Shown piece after piece: positions 12,496 to 24,478 of a stretch of 64,000 bases of DNA (its first letter is position 1; every line of letters begins with the position of its first letter). The position numbers and the translations under genes are program-made. Source of the stretch: Rhizophagus irregularis (lineage: Eukaryota); contig NC_089434.1 in assembly GCF_026210795.1 (NCBI RefSeq), positions 3,968,001-4,032,000 of the forward strand, read 5' to 3'. The notes under the pieces are model-generated. The model searched no databases. It was not told where the DNA came from and saw nothing but the letters and a program-made list of their open reading frames with translations.

Positions 12496-14072
12496 TAGGT
12501 TACATGAGAAAATAGCCGAAGAGAAGCGTTCAGTTTGACCTCCATGATTCCCCAAAGTGAAAGTCGTTAATTCGAATTAAATAAACTTTTTTTTAAAAAA
12601 AGTGATCCTGATTATCGTCCTCAACTAGTAATACTTCTTTTTTTGTGATACTTTTATTGCTTCGGACTCTCCCACGGTTTCCTTTTTCCTAGTATATAAC
12701 ATTGCTTACAAAATATTTCTTATTAATAATCATCGATCATTTTTTTAAAAAACAAGAAATTTAAATCCAAGTACGCTGCGATATGGCATAAACAAACGAT
12801 GTTTCAGATTTTGGCAAATAGGTAGAGGTCCTAACTAGGTGAGTTAAATATTTATCATAGTCACTTTTCTTGATAACTATAGTTATTTTCATTATAATAA
12901 TCTTATAAATTTTTATTCTATGATGGATTTGCTTCCACGTTCATCTTATTTCTTTCCAACATCATGTGGTCTAGACGGATTTTTCAAACTTAGTCCGAAT
13001 TCCGTGTAGTGGCATTGAATCTTACATAAGAAATTTCTGGAAATTATCGAAAATGTTCCGCTTTTACCACATCAGCAAATTTTTGAATAGGAATATTATT
13101 ATTTTATTTATTTTTATTTATTTATTTATTTATTTTTTTTGAAAAAAAAAACCTATTTATAGAAGGCCGATAACTTTTTTCAACCTTATATAATGTTCCG
13201 TAATTAAATTATGTCTAATAAACTCAATTAAACGTCAATATGTTATAAGCTATTGATCTTAAATATATTGAGTTACACAATGTTCTACAGTTATAGTGAT
13301 CTCAATTGCAAGATTTTGTTTCATTTTCCTTCCCTTCACTTCTTTTCTACTCAAGTTCAGTATCATTATTGTTTGAAAAATAAATTATGAATCATTTTGT
13401 TTCACTTTAATAACTTAACCGGAAATATATTTGGGAATGATGATTCAAATACATTTTACAATTATCATACAGGAAGAATTCAGAAAATAACAAATATTCC
13501 AAAAAAATTTTACATATAAAAAAAGTTTTAAAAAAAGTCTTATTATCCTATTTATAAATAATGATAACCTTAATAGCGAGATCTTCTTAAACTGACTGGA
13601 ACGTTAACGTTTAAAGTTTATAAAGTAATAAACTGAAGAACATTTGGTACGAATAAAAAAATTAGAAAAGTTACACACTTGTGGAATCGAAAAATCATAA
13701 ATGATCGACATCAACATAACAGGTCATTTGTTTGCGCCATTCCTCGTGACTGTCGATAGTTACTAATTTAGAATATAACATTTAACCTTGTTTAGTCAAA
13801 TGGTTTTGTAAAAACATAAATAAAATAGTTACATTAAATTTTAAGACGGGTAACGTATTTACTAATTAAGTGATTATCACAAGGCTAACGGGTTTACCCT
13901 TCGATAAAGTACTTCCAAATAACATACGAACTTTCTGAAATTCCATAGAAATACTTTTTAGAAAGTTCTATCTTTTAAATTTCCGAAATAATGAATCGTC
14001 GAAAAAAACTATATATATGTTGTGAAAATTTCCAATTATTTATCAGTACTTACTTATATATAATATGATAAA

Positions 14073-16534
14073 ATGGAGCTTACAAATGATGATTCTTTTG
14101 ATCCGACGCCAAAATTAAAATCTAGTCCTGTGCCGATTTCATTTATTCCATTAAATTATTATGATTCAAATTGTATTCGTTGCGGTGATATTTATACTGG
14201 GACATCAATCAAATATCAAAAATACTGCAAAAAATGTTTATTATGTTACCTTACTAATATAACTGATAAAAATATATATTTAGATGTGTATATATTTACA
14301 AGGAACTTAGAATGTAATGAGCATGAAATAAGTATGACAAAAGAACCACAAAATATTCAAGAATGCTGTAGAAATTGCTTAGAAATATTATGCTTTAAAC
14401 AAATAATCGGTAGTTATTATGGAAATAAGGATGATAATTTAATCAATAATGTGATTAATAGTGAAAAAAATTGTAAATTATGTGGAAAGGCATTCCATAA
14501 AACATGTAACGATTTTGACAATTTTACATTATGTTCAGATTGTTATCTAATTTCTTCCGAATATACAGAATCAACTTTGACTAAAAAACCTATACCAATT
14601 ATTTACTTACCATGGTGGCATAGGTTACCTTATTGTAAAGCTTGTTATTTAGAATTAAAATTTACATCAGATTGTCAAAAGTATTGTGGAAATTGTCTTA
14701 TATTTTATACTGGATGTAGATATTGTTTAACAACAAATGTTATTTTTGGCGTTACAAATCAATCACAATGTAAAAAGTGTAAAAGAGTATCATCAATAAT
14801 TTTTGATAGAAGCGGAAATAGCGATTTAGATGATTTTTTTGTTAATTTAAGACTTGAAATTCACAATCGATTGGAAATAACTAAATTTACTGACGAGATA
14901 AAAAATATTGACAAATATTATACTCCAGAATTCTTATTTAATACAATTTATAGTACTTTTCGTAATAATAAGGCAGAAATATTGATGGAATGGATACCAT
15001 ATTCTCAATTTACAAATGTAAAAGAAATAGCAAAGGGAGGATTTGGTATTATATATCAAGCGACTTGGTTAGATGGTTCAATAAATAATATTAATAATAT
15101 TGAAGTTCATCATGTAAAGTCAAGGAAGAGAAGAAATAATGAAACTGTCATATTAAAAAAATTTAATAATTCTCAAGGAATTAGTAAATATTTTTTAAAT
15201 GAGGTAAATACAGTAAATTGTATTTAAATTATTTATTATGATCACAAAATAAAATAGTTTGATTTTAACCTTTTTACTCTCAAAATTATAGTTAAAATCA
15301 AATCAATATTGCTATCAAGTTAAGCATCATATTGTTAAAACGTATGGTTTTACAAAAGATCCTAAATTTGGTGATTATATCTTAGTTATGCAATATGCAT
15401 CAGAAGGAGATTTACATAATATTTTACGAGAGAAATTTACAGAAATTACATGGGATAAACAAAAATTAGCTATTTTATGGCAAATTTCAGAAGGGTATTT
15501 ATATTAGTATTCTCATTGTATTTATTTATAATAATTTCTAATATATTGATTAATTTTCTTATTTTAGACTTGAAACTATTCATAATTCAGAATTTATACA
15601 TCGAGATTTTCATAGTGGAAACATATTATCCAATTTATCAAATGGAAAAAGACATCAATGGCAAATTGGAGATCTAGGATTATCACAACCTGTAAGTGCA
15701 CAATCAAACAATGAAATATATGGAGTGATACCATATGTTGCACCAGAAATATTTAAAGGGTCTGCATTTTCTAAAGAATCTGATATTTACTGCATGGGTA
15801 TGATTATGTGGGAACTTACAACGGGTTGTAAACCTTTTGCTAATGTTGGGCATGATATTAATCTGATTTATAAAATTCTTGATGGAGAACGTCCCGAAAT
15901 TACAAAAGATACACCTGAATGTTACGCAAAATTAATGAAAAGATGTTGGGATTCTGATCCCACAAAAAGACCACTTATAACGGAAATTCGTAAAACTTTT
16001 GGTAAATGGTTTTTTAAAAATAAAAGTATAGGAATATTCAAACAAGCTGAAATAAAAAGAAAAGAGTTAATAAAATTGAAGAAACTTGGTTTTAAGTTTA
16101 ATGGAAAAACTCATCCAAGTGCTATCTATACAAGCAGATCATTAAAATCTTTTATTTCTAGTTGTTCATCAATTTTTTCAAATTCAAAAGGTATGCAATA
16201 ATAGGTAAAATAGATGTGATTAAGTCCTTAGATTAATATATCAAATTTTCTTTTATAGATTATAATTCAATAGAACTAGAGTTTGACATAGATATTAAAA
16301 GGTATTTAAGGTTTAAAATTTTTGGTCCATCATTACATAACTTAAATTCAAACGATTTGAATACTATTAGCTCAAACATACTCGGAACAAAGAGAAATAT
16401 TGAAGAATTAGAAATCAATTCTTATGGAAATAGTGGTATATATTAATTTGACTATATGTTATCAATATTGAGTTTATATTTATTTAATTATATATTTTTA
16501 ATTTAAAAAAATAGGAAAGCACATTAAAAATTAA
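14073..16534 (+). CDS. Protein kinase (tyrosine-kinase-like group) with a multi-CxxC N-terminal region; 6 exons
   Basis: Exons 14073-15203, 15292-15494, 15568-16190, 16259-16301, 16371-16435 and 16515-16534 have GT-AG introns and keep frame. Motifs AKGGFG, VILKK, HRDFHSGN, DLG, PYVAPE, SDIY and CWDSDPTKRP. Confidence 0.9.
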
Positions 16535-17298
16535 ATCCACTTAATAAAAGTTTTCTCTCCAAGGCCGTTAAGTGTAAACGAAAATGATGAAATATGAATC
16601 TTAGGAATAAATATACTTTGTATATAATTTATTTTATTTTTTTTTTGTATTTTTCATGTACGCTATGCGATACTTTATTATTTAAGAGATATCATTAAAC
16701 ATGTATAACGATAATTGGATATTAATATTACTTACAAAACATAAAAATAGGATGTATAAAATATTTATTTTTATATTTAATAAACTTTAAAGCCGAAACA
16801 CTTTTTGCTTCAGTATTCACGGTATTTTGATAAATCTTTTATAGTAAAATCAAAATTCTTAATAACGTGGCGCAGCAAAAGCACGGCCAACTAATTCAAA
16901 AATTAATATCTAGCGTCACACTTTATAATGAAACCACGTTTGACTGGTTATACGTTAAAACTCCTGATAGTAATGATAATGCGCAAGTCATGCGCTACAT
17001 TTTTGGCGCAGCAAGATCATTTTGTCACGTGTTCTACACATTTAGATTGCGTGCAGCGAAAATAAATTCTTGAATTAGTTGAATACCATACTCAAGAAGA
17101 TTTATAACGATTTATTAAATAATAAAGTACTATTACATCATCAATTGTCTATGAACTGAACGTGAGAAATTTTTAACAATTAAATCATGTGATACTATTT
17201 ATTCTGTTTTTTTTAGTCAACGCTCAAACATTGTTAACAAACTTTTACCAAAATATATATATTATACATTGTACCTTACATATGATAAAATAATGAAA

Positions 17299-18125
17299 TT
17301 AGAATATTAATGGGCAAGAAAAGCGACCTTGAAGTGCTTCTAAATCATTATCAAAGACATTTTTTAAAATCACGTCCGGTACTGCAAATTTATCCATCCA
17401 AGTTTTATATTCTTTAATCATATTCTTGCCACATTCCCCACAATGACCCATCAATTCCATAGGAACTTGAATACGAGTTCCATCTTTCTTATAAACGTAT
17501 TGTTGATTATATGAAAATTGTACATTTCCTTCAGGAATTTCTTGCTTTAACCAATCAACTAATGGTTTAATAACTTCAATACCGCATAATTCTAAAATTA
17601 TATTAAATTTTTAAATAAATAATACCTTTTTTTTTAAAAAAAAAACAAATTTATTAAATTGTAAATTTTGAACTTACCACCACTCGAGGTTTTATGACAT
17701 ATAGAATTATGTTCAGGTACGGCAGAATAATAGGAAAATATAGTAGCGTAAGAGGAGACAACAGTATGATCAAGTAACGAAGGATTTGCGCTCCAATCAA
17801 TGTAAATTGTTAATTCATTGGCACATTTTTCCTCAATTTTTTTCCACATTTTTTTACCCTCATCGTAACTGCATGAGAAGTCAGCTGAACATGAGTTTTT
17901 AACGATTTCATTATAGACAGTTAAATTATACTTTAAAAAAAATGAACTATATTCTATTTCACTAAATAAGCTACTGAAGAAACCACATCCTAAAGGATCT
18001 CTTCCATAATCCCAGACTTCATTTTGACATTCATTACAATGGGAAACACCAAAACGTTCTTCACACGTTAATTTAGCGTTAACATTGACAATTAATAAGG
18101 CAACGAAAAAAATAAGAAATTTCAT
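17299..18125 (-). CDS. Secreted cysteine-rich protein (246 aa, 12 Cys); 2 exons
   Basis: Signal-peptide-like MKFLIFFVALLIVNVNA. Exon 1 is 18125-17678, the GTAAGT...TTTTAG intron is 17677-17592, and exon 2 (17591-17299) stays open (ELCGIEVIKPLVDW...GRFSCPLIF*). Confidence 0.85.
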
Positions 18126-21100
18126 TTTTGATTAAAAATTATTTTTATAAATGGAATATTTTGGAATAACAAAAAGGTGGATGTTTAGGAATGAGAAAAT
18201 TTGATGAATATTTATATTTATTCAGGATGTTATAGAAATCAATACTATAAAAGTTTCCGTCAAAAAAAAAAAAGAAAAATTAAAAATAGAAATTGAAGCA
18301 AGAAAACAACGTACAAAAAGTCAGCTACAATTATCATAATCAATATGATTTAGCCATAATTAGAAATTTTATTAAGAGGAGAACAAATGCATGAATTATT
18401 CGCATAAACTGTATAATGATTTTAATTGAAAATTCTCAGATTAACATGTTATTATTTGCAAAAATCAGGTTAAAAGAGAGGCGTGCATTTATAATACATA
18501 AATCCGTTTTTGTTGAAATAAAAAGATAATCATTATCTTAGTCATATTGGATGATAAACGAAAAAAGTTGGTCGATTTCATATAAATCATTCCATATAAA
18601 CAATTTCTACATTTGGTACTTTTCTAATGGAATCAATTCAGTTAATTACATTAGATATAAAGATATTTATAACTATACTAACTATACCGTTTATGTACAG
18701 CATAAAGCCATAAACCTTGATAATTTATTGCACATGAAATTCATAATAGTGATACTTTACTTTTATGTGGCTTTTAACAGTATAGATCAAGTTGACAATA
18801 CAATATTTATGGGTACTTACTACTATTTTTGATTTTTATACAGAGAAGAGATTTTTTAAAATAATGGAAAGATGTTTGGATCTTGATAATGATAAAAATA
18901 CCAACAGCCGAATATCTTATTAATCATGTATCATTCAAATACTAATGACAGATTTTAAACACACAATGATGTAAGCTGTAAACTTTTGATATGCAGTCTT
19001 TGGGAAAAAAGATCTTTCCACTTAGTCGATTCCAAATAATGACGTCATATAACATTTGCCATTCTTACTTAAAATCAAAGTTGAATTTGAAGTTAAATTA
19101 AATAAATAGTTTTTGTCAAAATTAATTTATGCAAATAGCCGTGATATTCTATACATTTAAAATAATTACGCATAGGTAATCCTCGACAAGGAACTAAAAA
19201 AAGGAGATAATTAGAACTGGATAATCATTACTTAGTGACGAGCCATTATGATCTACGTTGAAAATCATTTAGTTGATAGAATTTTTAGGAAATATTTGAA
19301 CTAAAATTACTAAAATTGCAAAGATCTTCATAAATACTGTTTCACCTAACCTGAATTTATTTAAGGAAGATAATTTCATGATCACTACTCCGTGTGATTT
19401 TTATTGTTTATCGTTTGAAAAAAAGGCGTCAAAATTTCGAAAATAAAAAAAATCGAATTTTGAAAATGTTCTAAATGTAAAAAGAAAAGATCTACGCCGC
19501 ATTAAAAAGAAATTATCGACATATTTGTATTCCCAAACTTCCTTTTTTAGAAACCTATGCGGTGTAAATCTTTCCGAAATTTCAAATTTCAATTATAAAC
19601 GGAAGTTATATTTCATTATAACAAGGTATCATGGTCCTGCCATGTGAGAGAAGATTTAAACTCCAGCTAGCTCAAGGGAAAGGAGTGTGTGTGAGGAAGA
19701 AAATATTAACTCAGCAATATATCATAAATATAGATAATAAATTATAAAAACTACAATGTGGAATAAAAGAAGAGAAAGATAAGTTTATTTGGTTACTTCA
19801 CTGGAAATAATGAGTGAGAGAGAAGTGAAGGAACGGAAAGAATAAGAAAGAAAGGGGAGAACGAGAGAAAAAGAAAGGAAGGGAAGTGAGAGAAAGGTAA
19901 GAGTGAATAAATGAAATATAATGTAATTACGAATTTTGTTATAGTCACTATAAAAAATTGTCAGCAGAGACTCATTACTATTAATCATGTGATTATATCA
20001 GTGATGTGCTCACATAATATTAATGGGTGGCGCAGTTGAGTTTGAAAAATTTTATGACAAATTCTTTTTTCATTTTTTTCATTACTTTGTTGACTTTCCT
20101 CTAATTTATTCTTTCATTGCCTTTGTTAACTTTCCTTAAGTCAATCAAATATAGTGTTTTTATTAGTTCTTTAATGTTTATAAATATAAACGAAAAATTA
20201 ATTAGGGTAGGCAAAAGTTTATGTGTGTAATTAAATATAACGATTATTAACGCAAGGTTAAATAAACACAATTTAACTTTAAATTACAATTGACCAAATT
20301 AACTTCAAATCCGATCAGATGTGAATAAAGTATTGCTCTCCAAATAATATATACAATCAGACACAAATAAAGGATTATGACAACAAAATAACAGGTTAAG
20401 TGTATATGACAACAAATAACAATGAGATAACCAACAAACTATTAATAAATCTTTATTTATCAAATCGTTTTTTATTAATATTGGTAATATCACTTGGTAT
20501 CTTGGTATCTGTCTAATATACATCAAAAATAAACGCGTCTATATATATGCAAAAACACTAAACTAAAAATGTTTAAAATGTTTGAAATGTGCCATATGTG
20601 TCATATTTATTTTATTTAATATATTTAATACTCGAACATTGATCTTCCCGTTATGTGACGATTGTGACGATAATCATCCCGGTTATTCATTGATCAGCCG
20701 TTTTATCACGTGATTTCGAAACATAATTTTTTTATCGTAACAATAGTACGAGTTATACTTGCCACCCATATTAAATGGGATGGGAGAATCCTCTATCCCA
20801 TCCCAATCCCAAATCCCAATCCCACCCATATCCCATATCCCATATCCCTTATCCCATCCCTTATCCCAAATAATCTCATTGGTCAATTATCACGTGACGT
20901 TACACAAATTTCCAAAAAAGGAAATTTTGCTTCCCGCAAAAATCGAGAGATTTTGGTTTCACAAGTATTCCAAAAAAGGATATTTTTACGCCGATCATAT
21001 AATTCTGGCCAGCATTGCATCCATTACCAGAATATGAGCAAAATTAAGATCCCGAACAGATTTACGAAGTTTATATTTTAACTCCGGCCGGAATTACAAA

Positions 21101-21141
21101 TTATAAAGGTTTAAATCCTTATCCTACAAACCCAATTTTTA

Positions 21142-21780
21142 AGAGATTTACTGATCAGATTTTAATGAAATTTATATCTTTGGATTCGTCTTGATGCAAG
21201 GAATTAAATGGTAGTGAAATCATATTTCTAAAATTAATATTGACTGATTTATTATAAAAAATGTATTTTTATACTATATATTATTTGAAAGTAACATGTT
21301 AGCAGTTAGTATTCAGTAATAATTATATTGATTATTTTATTTGAATTAATAATTTTGATGATATCTGCTGATATTGTTTTTTTAGATTAACAGTAAATTA
21401 ATTCCTGGTTTGTAAATATTATTTTATTAAATATTTATGCAATAATAATAATATCTATCAAATTATATATATTAGAAATAAATAATCAAACTTTTTTTGA
21501 TGAGTTAATAGATAGGTTTAAGTTAATTCAAAGTTAAATTGTAATAAAAAATATAAAATAATAAATTGAATAAATATATTTTAAAAACTTTTTATATTAA
21601 AAGTAACCAATTATTGCTTGCTTTATACATGTTATTTAATAATATATATTATAAAATACATTTTTTATAATAACTTAGTCAATATTAATGTTGGGAATAT
21701 AATTTCACTGCCATTAAATTCCTTGCATCGAGACAAATCCAATGATATAAATTTCATTAAAATCTGATCGGTAAATCTCT
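21142..21780. repeat. Inverted repeat with ~155-bp arms (foldback/MITE-like) inside the hAT-like element
   Basis: AGAGATTTACTGATCAGATTTTAATGAAATTTATATC...AACATGT (about 21142-21299) mirrors ACATGTT...GATATAAATTTCATTAAAATCTGATCGGTAAATCTCT (about 21627-21780). Confidence 0.85.
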
Positions 21781-21964
21781 ACACGAGTCGTTACATATTA
21801 TCTGTCACGTGATATATCACATTGCTCGTCTTAGCCAATGAGGATTCAATTTTTGTGATATCATCATTCTTATATCACCATTAGATTCATCTAAGCAAAA
21901 ATGAAGCCAATAAGATATAAATTATTGGTTTCTAATTATTAGTTTATAGGATAACTCAAGCAAT

Positions 21965-22760
21965 ATTTTGTACAACGCTTTTCATCAATAATAATATAAA
22001 AAAATATTTGCAAGATGTTTTTTATATATTAAAACACTTAGAAAAAACGTTTTGCAACGTTTTTTTATCAATAATAATATAAAAAAATGGTACAAAACAT
22101 TTTTTTATATTAAAGCACTTAGAAAAAAACGTTTCGCAACGTTTTTTATCAATAATAATATAAAAAATGTTACGAAACATTTTTTTATATTAAAACACTT
22201 AGAAAAAAACGTTTCGCAAACGTTTTTTATTAATAATAATATAAAAATGTGTTAAGAAACGTTTTTTTATATTAAAACACTTAGAAAAAAACGTTTTGCA
22301 ACGTTTTTTATCAATAATAATATAAAAAATGTTACGAAACATTTTTTTATATTAAATACTTAGAAAAAAACGTTTCGCAACGTTTTTTATCAATAATAAT
22401 GTAAGAAAATGTTGCAGGATGTTTTTTTATATTAAAACACTTAAAAAAAATGTTTTGCAACATTTTTTATTAATAATAATATAAAAATATATTAAGAAAC
22501 GTTTTTTTATATTAAAACACTTAAAAAAACGTTTTGCAACATTTTTTATTAATAATAATATAAGAAAATGTTGCGAAACGTTTTTTTATATTGAAACACT
22601 TTAAAAAAAACGTTTATACTTAGAAAAAAAAACGTTTCGCAACGTTTTTTATCAATAATAATATAAAAAATTTTAAGTGTTTAAGTATTTTAATATAAAA
22701 ATGTTTCACAACATTTTTTTATATTATTATTGATAAAAAAGATAGCGAAACATTTTTTTA
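21965..22760. repeat. ~80-bp minisatellite, about nine copies, last copy inverted
   Basis: Recurrent GCAACGTTTTTTATCAATAATAATATAAAAAATGTT...ATATTAAAACACTTAGAAAAAAACGTTT. Confidence 0.9.
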
Positions 22761-23890
22761 ATAACGCCAATAGATCGTTATAGATACAATAAAATATTTC
22801 AGAAATTTTTTCTAAATTTTTTTTTCTAATAACAATAGATTCGTATAATAATAAATAAGGAAATAAAATTTTCTAATAATGTCAATAGATATAACAAAAT
22901 CTTTCAGACATTTTTTCTAAATTTTTTTTCTAATAAAATTTTCTGATTTATTTTTTTAATAATGCCAATAGATCGCTATAGATCTTTCTTTAAATTTTTT
23001 TTTTCTAATAATAGGTATAATACGTGAGATAATATTGTATAAATAAAATTTTCCAATTTTTTTTTTTATAATAATGCTAATAGATCGTTATAGATATAAT
23101 AGAATATTTCAAAAATTTTTTCTAAATTTTTTTTTCTAATAACAATAGATCGTATAATAATAAATAAGGCAGATATTGTATAAATAAAACTTTTCAATTT
23201 TTTTTAATAATAACAATAGATTGTTATGGATCTTTCGGGATTTTTTTTTTAAATTTTTTTTTTCAATAAACCTAACAAAATCTTACAGAAATTTTTTTTT
23301 TAATTTTTTTTTCTAATAATAACAATAAGTTGTATAATACATATAACTGATATTGTATAAATAAAATTCTCTGATTTTTTTTTTTAATAATGCCAATAGA
23401 TAAATATAATAAAATCTTTCAGAATTTTTTTTAAAAATTTTTTTTTTTATAATACATAGGACAGATATTGTGTAAATAAAATTTTCTGATTTTTTTTTAA
23501 TAATGCCAATAGTTCATTAAAGATCTTTCAGAATTTTTTTTTAAAATTTTTTTCTAATCGTAACAATAGATTGGTATACATGTATAAACAAAATTTTCCA
23601 ATAGATCGCTATAGATATAACAAAATCTGAATTTTTTTAAAAGTTTTTTTATTTTCTAATGATAACAGTCGATATAATACATAAGACAGATATTGCATAA
23701 ATAAAATTTTTTGATTTATTTTTTAATAATATTAATAGATCACTATAGATCTTTTTTTAAATTTTTTTTCTAATGATTGTATAATATATAAGACAAATAT
23801 TGTATCATAAATAAAATTTTCCAATTTTTTTTTAATGCCAATAGATATAACAAAATCTTATGGAAATTTTTTTTACCTTTTTTTAATAAT
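22760..23890. repeat. Degenerate ~130-150-bp tandem repeat
   Basis: Recurrent AATAATGCCAATAGAT...CAGATATTGTATAAATAAAATTTT blocks. Confidence 0.8.
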
Positions 23891-24072
23891 AAAAATAATG
23901 TATATTAGAAACTGATAATTTATATCTCATTGGCCTCATCTTGCTTAAGGGTGATAATATCATAAAAATTGAATTCTTATTGGCTGAGATATTTCAATTT
24001 GAAGTTTTAACGACAAATGTGATATATCACGTGACCGATAATATGTAACAACTGGTGTAGAAATTCAATGAT

Positions 24073-24266
24073 CATCCAGGGTAAAATTTGCATCCAGGGT
24101 AAATGTTCAAAAATCCCGGGTGATCACCCTGGATGCATCCAGGGTAAATCCTGGATTTTTGAACAGTACGGCGTTTGATGATCCAGGGTAAATCCTGGAT
24201 ACATCCCGGGTAGCTACCCTGGATGCATCCAGGGTGAACACCCTGGATTTTTGATCAGTACGGCGC
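24073..24266. repeat. GC-richer palindromic repeat cluster
   Basis: Multiple CATCCAGGGT copies. The perfect 20-bp palindrome ACCCTGGATGCATCCAGGGT occurs twice, about 90 bp apart. Confidence 0.85.
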
Positions 24267-24478
24267 GTCATAGGATATGGGAGGGGAGGGGATGGGAGGG
24301 GATGGGAGGGGATTTTAAATGGGCGGCAAGTATAGTACGAGTGGAGTAGTAGCACTAATGTAGTACCAGTTTGTTATGTAACAAATGTGCAATTTAAATT
24401 TCGCCGATCATTAACTTATAAACGTCAAATTCTTTATACTCCAAGACTAAAAAAGCAAAGTATAAAATATTCTTAGTA

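Larger units (their letters stand above)
21782..24057. mobile_element. Nested TA-flanked TIR element (Tc1/mariner-like, non-autonomous) filled with tandem repeats
   Basis: TA|CACGAGTCGTTACATATTATCTGTCACGTGATATATCACATT versus AATGTGATATATCACGTGACCGATAATATGTAACAACTGGTG|TA; inverted similarity extends about 150 bp. Confidence 0.85.
20754..24334. mobile_element. Non-autonomous DNA transposon with 8-bp TSD (hAT-like), 3.6 kb, containing nested elements
   Basis: Termini TATACTTGCCACCCAT ... ATGGGCGGCAAGTATA (one mismatch). Identical flanking GTACGAGT at 20746-20753 and 24335-24342. C-run and G-run subterminal tracts. No transposase ORF. Confidence 0.88.

Noticed and set aside
20683..21081. Pro/Ile- and Gly/Trp-rich ORFs
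   Set aside because: They are translations of the ATCCC subterminal repeats of the transposon.
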